In this document: positions 10,313 to 23,040 of the stretch, piece by piece
Layout: each line of letters starts with the position of its first letter
Numbering within the stretch: the stretch's first letter is position 1
Assembly: GCF_902713615.1 (NCBI RefSeq)
Contig: NC_052156.1
Coordinates: 132,432,407 to 132,496,406 of the forward strand
Origin: Scyliorhinus canicula
Lineage: Eukaryota
Length of the DNA: 64,000 bases
Reading direction: 5' to 3'
Translations under genes and position numbers: made by a program
The notes under the pieces: model-generated
Databases searched by the model: none
Told to the model about the DNA's origin: nothing
What the model saw: the letters and a program-made list of their open reading frames with translations, nothing else

Positions 10313-13300
10313 CATGTCTTTGTTCCCCTCATCTAAGTCATTTTAAATTGTAAAAGGTTGAGGTCCCAGCACAGACCCCAGCAGGATTCCATTGGTCACA
10401 TCCTGCCAATCAAACAAAGACCCATTTATGCATACTGTGTTTTTTGTCAGCCAGCCAATCGTCTATCCATGCTAACATCTTACCCCTTACACCATGAACT
10501 TTTATGTTCCACAATTACCTTTGATGTGACACCTTATGGAAATCTAAGCATAGTGTATCTACGGGCTCCCCTTTTTGCACAGCTACTCCTTCAAAGAACT
10601 CTAATAAATAGGCTAAAAATGATTTTCTTTTCATAAAATCATGCTGACTCTTTCCTATTATAATGGTTTTTTTTAAGTGCCCAGATATATCCTGTTTAAT
10701 GATCAATTCTAATACCTACCCATGACAGACGTCAAGCTAACTGACTATAGCTTCCTGTTTTCTGCCTCCCTCCCTTCTTGAATAGAGAGGTTATATTTGC
10801 TACTTTTCAGACTGATGGAAACGTTCCAGAATCTAGGAATTTTGGAAAATCAACATCACTGCATCTACCACTTCATTAATTACCATTTTTAAGACCTTAT
10901 GATGAGAGTCATCAGAACCTGGAGACTTGTCAGTCCACAGTTCAATAATTTTTCACTACTGCTTCCCTCAGTGATTGTGATTTCACCAAGTTCCTCTCCC
11001 TCCTCCACCTCCTGATTTACAGCTATTACTGAAATATTTTTGTATCCTTGATAGTGAAAACAGTAGCAAAACATTTGTTCATTTTATCCACCATCTCCTT
11101 ATTATCTACTATGAACTCCCAATCTTGCTCTCCTGAGGACCAACACTCATTTTTAGGTACTCTTTTCTTTCTTAAAATATCTGTAGAAACTTTTGCTATC
11201 TATTTTTACATTTGTAGCTAGCTTCCACTCATGCTCTAATTTCTTACTCATGATTAATCTTTCAGTCATTCTCTGCCATTCTTTACCTATTGACCAATCA
11301 TCTGATCTGTGACGTATCTTTGTGCGTTTTACCTTTATTTTGATATTTTCCCTAACTTCTTTAGTTTACCATGGATGGATTGTCCTCCCTTTAGAATGTT
11401 TCTTGATGGTACGAATGTATTTATTCTGAGTATTCTGAAATACCTCCTTAAACATTTACCACTGTTTCTCCATTGATCTATCCATGAGTTCACTTCAGCT
11501 AGATCATCTTTCATGCCCACAGAATTCCCCTTACTTGACTTTAAAATAATAGTTTTAGACCCAATCTTCAAACTGGATGTAAAATTCAAAGATGTTGCCG
11601 TCATTTACACTCAGTTTGGACTCCACCAGGACCTATCAGCTCCTGATATCATTACAACTCGGTCCAAATGTGGGCAAGAGAAATGAGGTGAAAGTGGCTG
11701 CGCTTGGCACCAAGGCAAAACTTAACCAAGTGTGGACTGATAATTGGCAAGCAGCATTTATGCCACACAGGTGCCAGGCAATGACTATCTCCAACAAGAG
11801 AAAATCTAACTATTTCCCCTTGGCATTCATTGCTGAATTTCCCCAATCAATATCCCGGGGATTACCACTGACCAGAAACTGAACGGGACCAGCCAAATAA
11901 ATACTCTGGTTGGAAGAAGGTTAGAGGATGGGAATTCCACAGTAACTCACTTCCTGACTCCTGTCCACTATCTACAAGGTTACTCAGACATCTGAAGTTC
12001 CATTAAAGTTGAAAATGGGCAAGCTGGAGAAGAGTTGCGGACATGATTTAAAAATACTTATTTTGGCTACCCCATCTTACCTTTTTTTTCAACATTTCAA
12101 TTATTCCACTTGTGTCTGTGTTGATTTTCAATGGGGAGGGAGGGGGAGGGGGAGGGGGGAGGGGGGAGGGGTGGGGGGGGGTCCCCCAGCTTACCTTCTA
12201 AGGTACCTTCCTGGTACGACTTCCTGAAATCGGACATTCTGGGTCTAATTAATAGTATTCCATTTTGTATGCTTCCTCCTTTATTCTTCCAACTCTAATT
12301 CTGTTTTAACATTCCTTGCTTTGAATTCATAACCCCACTCACCAGTGAATTACTTTTTTCCATTTGCACTTTGTTTGCTTCCTTTGGTGCTTCACTTAAG
12401 CTCCTTTGATCTGGTCACTATAACTCTTGGTTGTGTTAAGTAGCCAATAACCATATCATCTCATCTGCATTAACTTTCTTTTGATGCCTTTGGAGTATTT
12501 TCCGTAACTTCAGTATCCTTCCTATAATGGGCTCCCAAATGACACAAAAAGTCCAATTGTTTAACATTCCAACTAGAGCTTCAGTTGTGTATTACAGGAC
12601 ATGTTACTTATAAATTGCACATGCTTAATACTATAATCTTTACTGGTTGACTATTAATATTAAAATAATTTTCGATGTAGAATTATTTTCACATTTTAAA
12701 CAGACAATGGATTTCCAGTTGGATAAAGAAAAAAATAAAATAAAAAATAAAATAATAAATGTTATTCGGTTGGATTAAGATTCACATCTAAAACGTTATT
12801 TTCCCTTTCTCGATCTGACCTGTTTTCTCTTCCCAGGCTTTTCTGTTTAATTTAGATTTACAGCCCTCAGTCTTTCTTGTTTCATATCTGGAAGCTATTT
12901 TTTTCTGGTTGTTTTGTGCTGTGATTTTCCAATCCCTTATTTCAGGTTAATGCACCGAGTGGCTGAAAATACAATGCTGTCCAAGCACATATGACAATCA
13001 CAAAACTAACTAGATGTGTTTGCACTTCCCGTAAAACAGCTGAGCCGCACCTGGCCAATGTAGCGGCAGTAGGAATTTATCAAATAGCGAACTGTCAGCT
13101 TGGCTCAGTTGTAGCAATCTTCCTTTTGAGTCAGAAGGTTGTGGATTCAAAGCCCGACCCTGGTGAATTGCCCACCGCAGACATTCAGGTGCTCTGAGTT
13201 CAGCAGCCTTCTGTAACCACCTCATAGGACTATAATAGCTAATCGATCACACGAGACAGGCCGTTGGGATTTGCACATGGGTGATCTGCAGCTAGGGATC

Positions 13301-13661
13301 GGCTGTGTAACCATTTAATACCCAACAATGGTTTGGTCCCTTGCAGTTCAGCACCATTGCTTGTGAAATTTGTCTCGCAAGTTGCAAATATCACATGAAA
13401 AGTTCAGAGAATGAAAAGCCTGTACATGAGCAGGGTGAAGGAAATAAGCAGGTGTCAACCATAGGCTTGAAGCTTTACTTTTCAACCATGTTCCTATCCA
13501 CCTTGCATTTAAATTGTGTCTTTAATATCCAAAGGTTGTCCCAAAGTGCTTTACAGCCAATGAACTACATTTAAAGTAGTGTTGTTATTTTGGAAAATGT
13601 GACAGCAAATTTTCAAACGGGAAGATGAAGGGAAGTTGTATTGATGATGTTTTGGTGATGA

Positions 13662-14621
13662 CCTCCCCGGGAAGCTTTCTGTAGAGACTGTTCCTTCTGT
13701 GACATCATAGTCCACTCCTCCAACAACTCTAACACCTCATTCCCCTCCCATGATACCTTCCCATGCAATTATATGAGGTCTAACCCTGCCCCTTTACCTC
13801 CTCCTTCCTTACTGTTCAAGGTCCCAAATAATCTTTACAGGTGAAGCAGGGATTTACATGCACTTCTTTTAACTCCGCCAGCTAAATTTGCTGCTCACCT
13901 TGGAGTCTCCAATGAGGAGCCTAAACACAGACTGGGGTGACCGCTTTGCAGAACACCTTTGCTCCATCCACAAGCATGACCCCAATATTGCCTGTCGCTT
14001 ATCATTTCAATTCGCTATCTTGCTCTCATGCCCACATTTCTGTCTTTGGCCTGCTACAATGCCGTGGTGAATGGGACGCAACCTGAAGGAACTCCACTTT
14101 GCGTCCCATGATTTGGTGCTTAACAGTCTTTTGGATTTAACATTGCATTCAACAACTTCAGACCATGAACTCCGGCCTCCATTTTTAATCGAGTTATGTT
14201 CCCTCTCGTCTACCCCACAAGGGTCAGCCTGCATTTTGTTCTCATGATTTTCCTTCCGGAAGCACTGACACGTGTTCTGCTATTAGCACATTCTGCTACC
14301 TTGCTTTCAGACCGGGTTGACTTCTATGCGGCTATTAACACCTGTTTTAGTCTTTAATATCTCTCCCTTTCTCTTGTGTCCATGACATCTTTGTCATTTA
14401 ATCTCGCCTCATCTCAACTTATGCCTGACCTTCTATTTCTCTCCACCTGCCCACCTGATTTGCAACCCCTACCTAGCCCCACTTTCTTCAACTGTTTTAA
14501 AACCATCACATTCCACCTCTTTAGCTCAGGAGAAGAGCCATATAGACTCAACACGATAACTCTGTTTCTATTTTCACAGATGCTACCAGATCTGCTGAGT
14601 TGTTCCAGCATTTTCTGTTTC
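13662..14621 (+). mobile_element. Penelope-like element fragment (GIY-YIG endonuclease region and terminus)
   Basis: Translation includes GDRFAEHLCSIHKHDPN..VAYHFNS. The terminus is CACAGATGCT.CCAGA.CTGCTGAGT..TTCCAGCATTTTCTG. Confidence 0.65.
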
Positions 14622-14727
14622 TAATGGTGTTGCTCGAATGAGAAATGTTGCCCTGGAGACTGGGAGAGTTTGTTGCTCTTCAAATAATCCCTCAGGGTCA
14701 TTGCATTCATCTGAATAGGCAGACAGA

Positions 14728-15483
14728 TGAAGGGGAGGGTCCTGAGATGAGATCCTTTAAAACTAGATAACTAGGATAACACTAGAATAGCCCTACATCA
14801 GTTAGTTTATTGAGGATTGAAACTAATCATAGAAAGTATATCCAGTAATCATTATTAACCATTAAACATGTATTCTTAGAACATAGTAGGAACAAGCACT
14901 TAAAATCTTGCTAATAATAGTGCTTGCAATGTATGATGGGACATAGCTAGCTAACTTGCACACATTCCTAACACAAACAGAATCAGACAGAAATAAGGTG
15001 GTCAGTAATAACACAGCCAGCTCAATAAACAGTTCTTATCTGCAGTTCCAGCATCTTGCGCTCAGACTGACAATGGTATGAGCAGGGACCACACTAAGAT
15101 AAGAGAAATGAGAGGAGGGGAGAGGAAGAGACAGTGGATACGAGGGTCTTCAAAAACAACAGATGGCTAAGGAACAGAATGGGGCTAAATCACAAGCTGA
15201 ACATTTAGTCACCATGCTGCCTAAAGTAAAATTAATTAGTCAAGGTAAAATCTACAGCTACAAGGATTGGATCAGTCCAATTGGGGTGGGCTACTATAAC
15301 TGCTGAACATGAAGCAATTTAAAAGAGAGTGGTTTTGACGTTTATCTAAATCACTCTCCCTCGTACGTTGAACCAAGCTTGAAAAGTAAAGCCGTCTTAA
15401 CCAGAGTTGTTGTCCCCATGAGTCTTTGTGTTGGATGGGGAAAATTCCCCACGTAAAAGCCAGTCTCTGAAAATGCTCCTACA
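14728..15483 (+). mobile_element. Solo LTR (756 bp, ERV/LTR-retrotransposon)
   Basis: TG...CA ends with imperfect inverted termini TGAAGGGG / CTCCTACA, 5-bp TSD ACAGA / ACAGG, and CCAAT, TATA-like and AGTAAA signals in the expected order. Confidence 0.65.
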
Positions 15484-16491
15484 ACAGGTTTATCAGAAAG
15501 CGACTGCCTCTGACAATGCCACCCATTGTGGAAGGAAGAGGAGTCAAAAATTCAAGCAGTTAGCGGGTCAATCAGAATCTCTGGAGTATAAAATCATCCC
15601 AGGCGTAACCCTTCAACAATCCATACCTTTGGTGTGTTTTGGATCAAAAATGGCCCAAGAAAGTAATTAGTCCTACTCCAATCTGCGGTCGCAAAGTATA
15701 TCTTTTCAAAATGCTAGTATTTCTTTCATCAATGTGTGCACATTCTGACTGCAGATTTACCAAAAATAATCTTGGTAGTTGATAACCAAGAAATGTGTTA
15801 TGTTTGGTATATATTGGAAGAAAAATCTGCTCTCAGGTGCTCTTTGCACTTTTCCCATTAACATTTAAATTGCCTATTCACAATGTTGTTACAGTCACAG
15901 GACGTATAACTCTATAATTTAGTCTGGCTGCTTTTTATTTGCAAAATATGAATATGAATCCTTGAACTTTTGCCCATCCCTCCATTATGATATTCCATTG
16001 TTATTTAATCACTTCAAAGAAAGTGCTTTTACCATCCTGAATCTTTGTTGTACACCATATCCTTAGCTCGGCCTAAGGCCACTGAAGTGGTTTCAAAGTA
16101 ACAGTGATTCCAATCTTCCTCAGACAGGCTGAAGCTTTCCACCAACAGAACAAATACCAGACTTTGTGACTGAACAGCAAGGAAATTAAATCTCATGAAG
16201 TGCAGTAGAAAACACTGAATTGTGAGTATCATCGGTTCTGAATGTGACTGGAAACACGGTGGAGGTGACTGTTATTTGGGCACAAATATAAATCGAACAA
16301 TATCCACGCTCATTATGTATCTCTCTCGATTTTTACTTGTGTTGAATATCATGTACCTTTATAAGTTGACAGGAAAATGTCAAGACAACACTGATTTTTC
16401 AGAAGAAAATCTAAAAGTTTCCAATACATTTGGGTTACTACGCCAGAAAAAATCCACAAAATGGGGCAAAGTTTGATTCAAAATATCATGA

Positions 16492-16720
16492 GGGCAAAGG
16501 CGGCATGTGGCGCCTTTAGCACTGGGCCTACGACGCTGAGGACCCGGGTTTGAATCTCGGCCCTGGTTCACTGTCTGTGTGGAGTTTGCACATTCTCCCC
16601 ATGTCTGCGTGGGTTTCACCCCCACAACCCAAAGATGTGCAAGTTAGGTGGATTGACCATGTTAAATTGCCCCGTAATTGGAAAGAAAAAATAATTAGGT
16701 ACTCTAAATTTTGAAAAAAA
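16492..16720 (+). mobile_element. Short A-tailed V-SINE (family A)
   Basis: tRNA-like head, V-domain GTGTGGAGTTTGCACATTCTCCCC...AAAGATGTGC..GTTAGGTGGATTG, A-rich end and a degenerate TSD ATATCA(T/C)G. Confidence 0.8.
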
Positions 16721-16824
16721 TATATATCACGTGGGCCAAAAAAGTAAGGGTGTAATCTTGTGAATTTAGTGGGTGCCAGAACAATGGGACGATATTCTGG
16801 TGGAGAACCCAATGAACTCATCAA

Positions 16825-17145
16825 GGTAGCACAAGTGGATAGCACTGTGGCTTCACAGTGGCAGTGTCCCAGGTTCGATTCCCCGCTGGGGTCACTGTCT
16901 GTGCAGAGTTTGCACGTTCTCCCCGTGTCTGCGTGGGTTTCCTCCGGGTGCTCTGGTTTCCTCCCACAGTTCAAAGATGTGCAGGTTCAGTGGATTGGCC
17001 ATGATAAATTACCCTTAGCGGCCAAAAAGGTTAGGAGGGGTTATTGGGTTACGGGGATAGGGTGAAAGTGAGGGTTTAAGTGGGTCGGTGCAGACTCGAT
17101 GGGCCGAATGGCCTCCTTCTGCACTGTATATGTTCTATGTTCTAT
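16825..17145 (+). mobile_element. HE1-like V-SINE with a CR1-derived tail (family B)
   Basis: tRNA head, V-domain, tail GATGGGCCGAATGGCCTCCTTCTGCACTGT...(TTCTATG)n. Confidence 0.85.
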
Positions 17146-17517
17146 CTGTGTGCTTTGGAATAGCTCTTTCCCAGAGCAACATGATTGTCATCTCACCTCT
17201 GGGTTCGCTGACCGATCAGGAAAGGTGGTGAGATGACACATTGAATGAAGCACTGAAGGATCTCTACTTAAAAGGGGCTTGGCAGGACTTACAATTGCAG
17301 CAGTGATTGCAATGTACAGATACCAGTGGAAAAGAGCTAAAAAAAAACAGCTGAATGTATAGAAGGCTGATTGGCTCCCCACACTCCAAAACCCAACTCC
17401 ACTTGGCTAAAAAGCTTCCTGCTAAAGCTCAGCACTAATTAAACTTGTTTAATACTTATACCCAAGTTAAAGAAGAAACTTTATAATCATAGAAGTGTAA
17501 CTTTTATCTAAACATAT

Positions 17518-17740
17518 ATTTTTTTAAATTTTGTGTACCCAACTATTTTTTTCCAATTAAGGGGCAATTTAGTGTGGCCAATCCACCTACTGCACATCTT
17601 TGGGTTGTGAGGGTGAGATCCACGCAGGCACAGGGAGAATGCGGAAACTCCACACGGACAGTGAGCCAGGGCCTGGGTCGAATCTGGGTCCTCGGTGCCA
17701 TGAGGCAGCAGTGCTAACCACTGCGCCACCGTGCCGCCCC
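17518..17740 (-). mobile_element. Short A-tailed V-SINE (family A)
   Basis: Reverse complement of the 18616-18845 type. Confidence 0.85.
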
Positions 17741-18615
17741 ACCTGTACCTAAATATGATGTAACATCAAGCCATTGAATAGCAGAGCCATTTCTATTTGG
17801 ATCTGCAAATTAACTATAGTGTGGCTGCATATGTTACTTTGGAATCAACTATAGAATCAAATTACTTGCAGAATAAGTGCCTCAAGATTAACCATCACTT
17901 TAAATTATAGTAAATAACAAATCAGTACACATTATTTCCACATCTATTTGGATAAGCCTTTGTATAATGTGCAGCTCATTAAGCTCTTGATAGTTGCTGA
18001 TGCAAGTGGTTTGCCTGAAGTAATTAATGACAAATTAATTCAATAAAGTAAACCTCACAGTTTGTCATTTTGCCTCTGGAAATTCCATTGATAGTCACAA
18101 GCCAAACCTGTGAACGAACCTATCAAGACAGCAGCGATCTGGTACAAAAGGGTAATAGTCCGTGGAAAGGACTGTGAAATGATCAATCTTTCTCAAGGTT
18201 ATTTAATGTGTAATTTACTTCTGCATTAGTATTCTGTTACTGTGCTTCTTATCGTCAGCACAAAGATGTTCTCACAACTACTACCTTTATAAATTGCCCT
18301 GACATGAAAATACAGTGCTCTCCCACGTTCTGAAGAGCTATCAGTCAGTCCTATGGAATTAATGAAAATATGATTAACTGATATTTATTCTGGATTGATA
18401 ATGCCCTTTCCCTATTCACTATATTCATAAGCAATAGATGGTAGATGTCATCAATTCATTTTCAGCCTAAAAGACTCAGTATTGACGTATTGACCTAGAA
18501 ATTCCATCGGGTTCTACCAGTTTCCCAATGTAACTTCATTTGGAAACCAGCAGAAGTCCTGGGGAAATCGTTTAAACAGCTCACTACAAGCATTTTGCAT
18601 TAATGCAGCTCCCAA

Positions 18616-18845
18616 GGGCAGCACGGTGGCACAGTGGGTTAGCCCTGCTGCCTCACGGCGCCGAGGTCCCAGGTTCGATCCCGGCTCTGGGTCACTGTCC
18701 TTGTGGAGTTTGCACATTCTCCCCGTGTTTGCGTGGGTTTTGCCCCCACAGCCCAAAGATGTGCAGGGTAGGTGGATTGAACACGCTAAATTGCCCCTTA
18801 GTTGGAAAAAATGAATTGGGCACACCAAATTTATGTTTTTAAAAA
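18616..18845 (+). mobile_element. Short A-tailed V-SINE (family A)
   Basis: GGGCAGCACGGTGGCACAGTGGGTTAGC head, V-domain, 16-bp TSD ATTAATGCRGCTCYCA (18599-18614 / 18845-18860). Confidence 0.9.
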
Positions 18846-19494
18846 TTAATGCGGCTCTCATGAGGGTTCTACCAGTCTCTGTGGCATTTCAAAGTAATTG
18901 TATTTAGCACATATATTCCATGTATTTTTCCTTCAATTTTCTTTCACCAGTTCTGTTGAAACAAAATCTGTCTCAAGTCTCATAATAACGGTTAATACAT
19001 ACTGTGCTTTGAGGTTTCACACTGTGGCCATAAACGTCCATTCGCTGGAGTCCAGGTTTGGGGGCGGGTGCATAAGTCAGCAAATTTCTGCAGGGGGTTG
19101 GAAGTTTCAGGACAGCTAGCCATGCACTACCTTGTGCTGTTAAATTCATTAAATATACATCCGTGAGCAGCTCACCAATTCTCGCGGTGAGGCAAGCAGG
19201 AAGTCACTGTCCCTGTTGTTACCTCATGGAGTCCAAGCCTTGGCTGCCATATTTAAGCAGCACCTCGACAACCTATCTTCCGCCTTTGCCTAGCCACTGC
19301 TTCACTCTTCCCCACAAGTCCTTCCACTCTTCCTTAGTCATCCAATGCAACTTGCAATGTCACCAGCTGGTATCAAGCATAGGTTGGCATGTGCAAACAC
19401 TCTCCAAAGAGGACAGAGCAGCAGCAACTCACTATTGAACATGGAGTGAGTCAATACCACCAGTTGCATGCCATTTATGTGTAGTGGTAAAAGT

Positions 19495-19660
19495 GAAATG
19501 AAAATGAAAATGAAATGAAAATCGCTTATTGTCACAAGTAGGCTTCAAATGAAGTTACTGGCGCCTGTTCGGGGAGGCTGTTACGGGTATCGAACCGTGC
19601 TGCTGGGCTGCGTTGGTCTGCTTTCAAAGCCAGCGATTTAGCCCTGTGCTAAACAGCCCC
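19495..19660 (-). mobile_element. tRNA-derived SINE, family C
   Basis: Reverse complement of the 56046-56220 type, with a (TTTCA)n tail. Confidence 0.75.
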
Positions 19661-19925
19661 ATAAGTGTCCTAAATTCTCACAGGCAGGTAACTTAATTTG
19701 GTGGAGAAACTTAATTCATACCTTTTAATAAGCATGCATGACATGCTAATGCATGCTAAAGGATTTCCTAACATAATTCAGCGGGAAGCTCAACATGTCT
19801 TTAATCCATCTCTAAAGTCTCGAGAAATTAATTGCTGGAGTTTATCCCAACTGATGTTTTGCCTCATGCCAGATCATGTTCCCCTGCCTGCCAAGTTATC
19901 TGCTGCTGGCAGGACCAGGAAGCTT

Positions 19926-20224
19926 GGCACGGTGGCACAGTGGGGTGGCACGGCCATACAGTGGCTAGTACTGCTGCCTCACAGCACCAGGATAACAGGT
20001 TCAATTCCTCGTGTCTGCGTGGGTTTCCTCGTGGTGCTCCGGTTTCCTCCCAGATTCCAAACATGTGCAGGTTAGGTGGATTGGTTATGCTAATTACCCC
20101 ACAGTGTCCTAAACCTGTGCAGGTTAGGTGGGGGCGTGCACCTAGGTAGGGTGCACTTTCAGAGGGTAAGTGAAGACTCGATGGGCCGAATGGCCTTCGT
20201 CTGCACTTTGGAATTCTATGATTC
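19926..20224 (+). mobile_element. HE1-like V-SINE (family B), internally deleted
   Basis: Head, partial V-domain and CR1-type tail GATGGGCCGAATGGCCTT...TTCTATGATTC. Confidence 0.8.
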
Positions 20225-20499
20225 GGTGAGATTCTGTTCAGTGTGCTGCGCTGGATTTGTGCTGAAGAGTAAAGTTGCACACACTTAGCTAAATTTGTAA
20301 AAATGTCATGGGTCATCTAGTTTACATAGAATCTCTGGCACAAATCCCATGTGAAATGCAAGTAATGTATCAGGATTCCTTGGAAATTGGAGTGCAACTT
20401 TTATAGCATCTGCCAGAACATTATGTCCGCAGGCTGAGTGAGCAGCAGGTCAATAGGGAAGTGCTTGGCTCATTGCGTTCCCTTTTAGGCAGTGTTAAG

Positions 20500-20892
20500 A
20501 AAGACTTGCATTTACATTGTGCCTTTTATGACCACTGTCCCACAGCACATCATAGCAAATTAAGCACGTTTTAAGTGTAGTCATCTGTTGTAATATAGAA
20601 AGATCCCACAGTCATCAATAAAATAATGACCCTTAAGCCTGTTTATGTAATGTTGATTCAGGGATATCAGCCAGAACAGCAAGGATAAATTCACTGTCCT
20701 TTTTCAAAGTAGTGCCCTGCGATCTTTGACATCCAACGGGTAGACAGGGCTGTGGTCGAACATCCCATCGAAAAGGCAGCATCTCCTCCCAATGCAACCT
20801 AGCTTGTCGTGCACAGGTCCTGGAGTGGTACCTGAACCCAGAACCTCCTACTTCAACAGCAAACATACCACCAACTGAGCTATCGGCTGACA
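20500..20892 (-). mobile_element. DeuSINE-like (SacSINE1/AmnSINE-related) SINE
   Basis: Minus-strand tRNA head (TAGCTCAGTTGG...GGGTTCAGG), Deu-domain-like core, and an L2-like tail ending AAATGCAAGTCTTT. Confidence 0.6.
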
Positions 20893-21559
20893 GGACTGAA
20901 TGTCTGGACATCTGCTAATATTCCGATTATTGATTTCTTTTTCTATTCCAGTAATTGTAATCTTTAGCTTTTGCCTGTTAATTGAGGAAATACATGCCTA
21001 TTTAGGTGCATTGACCATTACAGATGCATTGATGTTGAATTAAAGCTGATCTTAAAGTAATGGGCAGTTTAGCCAATTAATCTAATTACATTCCAGGACA
21101 TACTTAATCACATAATGAGTTGATAAAAAAGTCCAATCGAAGGAAAACATTTGTGACAACTCATCCTTATAAAAAGCAGTGGATTGATATGGAATTGTAG
21201 CGATTTACAATAAGAAACTCCTGATCCCGTAGCAGTGGGAAGCTTGGTGGGCAGAGGAACTTAATCTGACCTGAGGCAAAAAAATCAGTTTCCTGACACC
21301 AGGATGAACTTCAGCAATTATGTTCTCGGGACCTTAAAGGCGGACTAAAAGTATGTTGAGATTCCCGACGAACTATGTTGGGAAGCCCTTTCGCATTCAC
21401 TTTGTAGACTAGATCAACAGCCAATCTCTCAATCAGATAACAATGAGTTTACCAGTCCATAGCAAATATAACTTGTTAAAACAAAATTTTTTGATTCGTG
21501 ACAAGGGAAGAAGCTCATTAAAGTTGACATATAATTGAATTATGGGTAATGCAGAAGTG

Positions 21560-22275
21560 TGAGGATTGTCACTTGAAGGAGTAGCAAAAGTGTCTAAAAA
21601 GTGACTTGCCTGAGGAAGCATACTGATCTTGAAGTGAATGTCCACAGATCCCTAAAGGTAGCAGGATATGTTGATGAGGTGGTTAAGAAGTTATATGAAA
21701 TGTTTTCCTTTATTAGCCTAGGTAGAGAATAGAGCAGGGAGGTTCTGCTGGAACTGTATAAAACATTGGTTAGGCTGCAACTTGAGTATTGTGTACAGTC
21801 CTGGTCACCTCATCACAGAAAGGATGCAATTGCATTAGAGATGAAACAGATGAGATTTGCGAGGATATTGCCAGGATTGGAAAAATGAAGCTATGAGGAA
21901 AGACTGGAAAGGCTGGGATTGTTCTCCTTGGAACAGAGCGGGCTGATGGGAGATTTGATTGAGATGTACAGAATTGTGAGGGGCCTGGGATAGAGTGGAT
22001 TGGAAGGGCCTACTTATCTTAACAGAGTTTAGTGACAAGGGGCATAGATTCAAAGTGAGAGAGGATGAGGAAATATTTTCACTCAGAGGGTGCAGAGGTC
22101 TGGAACTCACTGACTTAATGAGTAGAAGAGGACAAAACTCTCAGTTCAATTAAAAGAACCATAAGCTGCAGGGGTATGGACTAAATGCTGGAAAGTAGGA
22201 TTTGGCTGGTTTTCTCATTTTTGGCATGCACATAAAAGTGGCCTCTTTCTCTGTGGTAGATTTTCTATGATTTTA
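21560..22275 (+). mobile_element. CR1 LINE 3' fragment
   Basis: LLELYKTLVRLQLEYCVQSWSP...YEERLERLGLFSLEQ motifs and a TTCTATGATTTTATGAT tail. Confidence 0.8.
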
Positions 22276-23040
22276 TGATGCAGCAGCTGTGATGACTTTT
22301 GAAGTTGTATAGTCAGAGTTTTCCTTTGTTGTTGTTATAGAGCAGATGCTAGGAGAGTGTAAAGGCTCAATTCCTGACTGGAAACTGCCAGGTACCAAGA
22401 CTTGATGATTGCCTGGTTTCCTCTCAGCAGACCAATGATGATTTGCTGAATGCGTTACTAACTCCCAATGGCAGAGAACCCCGATGTTCACATGTGGCTC
22501 GTGGCTTTTCCAGCTGAGAGCTGTGCTTGCTGGTACTGTCTCTCACACCACCAGACAAATGGATTGCGACAGCTGCTTTCGCCAGTCTAAAAACACAAAA
22601 TGGTTGTTGTGTTAACTTAGATGAGACATTGTTCCACAAAGCAGAGAAGTTAATTAAATTGGTGTCTTTTGAAGAAGTTCTTCCCATTGGTATCAGAAGG
22701 GTGGTGAGTTTCCACACCTTTAGAAAATCCCCTCTGTCCGTTTGAGGGATATTAAATTTCAAATGCCTTCACATCTCTTGACATACCTTCGTGAAGCTTG
22801 ACAGATATTGCAGTTGTAAAAGATCGAGTGACTTCTTTTAGCATTTTTAAGGCTCCAAACCATCCATTTAAAAAAACAAAAGTTTCTTTCACACAATCTA
22901 TGATATCACAACTACAGACCTGTGACACGATTGATCACTGTCTTAAAAGTACACATCGACTGAGCATGCATAACCCTCTGGGATAGAGAGTTGCAAAGAT
23001 TCACAATGTTCTGTGAATCTTGTGTTAAGAAATTTGTATT

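Larger units (their letters stand above)
8998..11640 (-). mobile_element. Decayed CR1 LINE (RT region and 3' end), interrupted by a MITE and a Rex tail
   Basis: Minus-strand fragments read KFADEIMIG, IGKSQHDFMKRKS..LLEFFEGV..GEPVD.LCLDFHK. The CR1 tail is at about 9000. Confidence 0.8.
13490..15520 (-). mobile_element. DeuSINE-like element split into three pieces (13490-13660, 14625-14727, 15484-15520) by a Penelope fragment and a solo LTR
   Basis: The pieces align in order with the more complete copy at 20500-20892 (CTTGCATTT...CCC...AG...CTTC.AA.TA...CAGACAGG...GAAAG...CCTC). Confidence 0.55.

Noticed and set aside
16122-16221. Plus-strand exon ending at GTGAGT
   Set aside because: Stop codons occur in all three frames. 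A non-coding exon cannot be supported from sequence alone.
18616-18690. tRNA genes (A/B boxes at many loci)
   Set aside because: Each continues into a SINE body and tail, so they are SINE heads.
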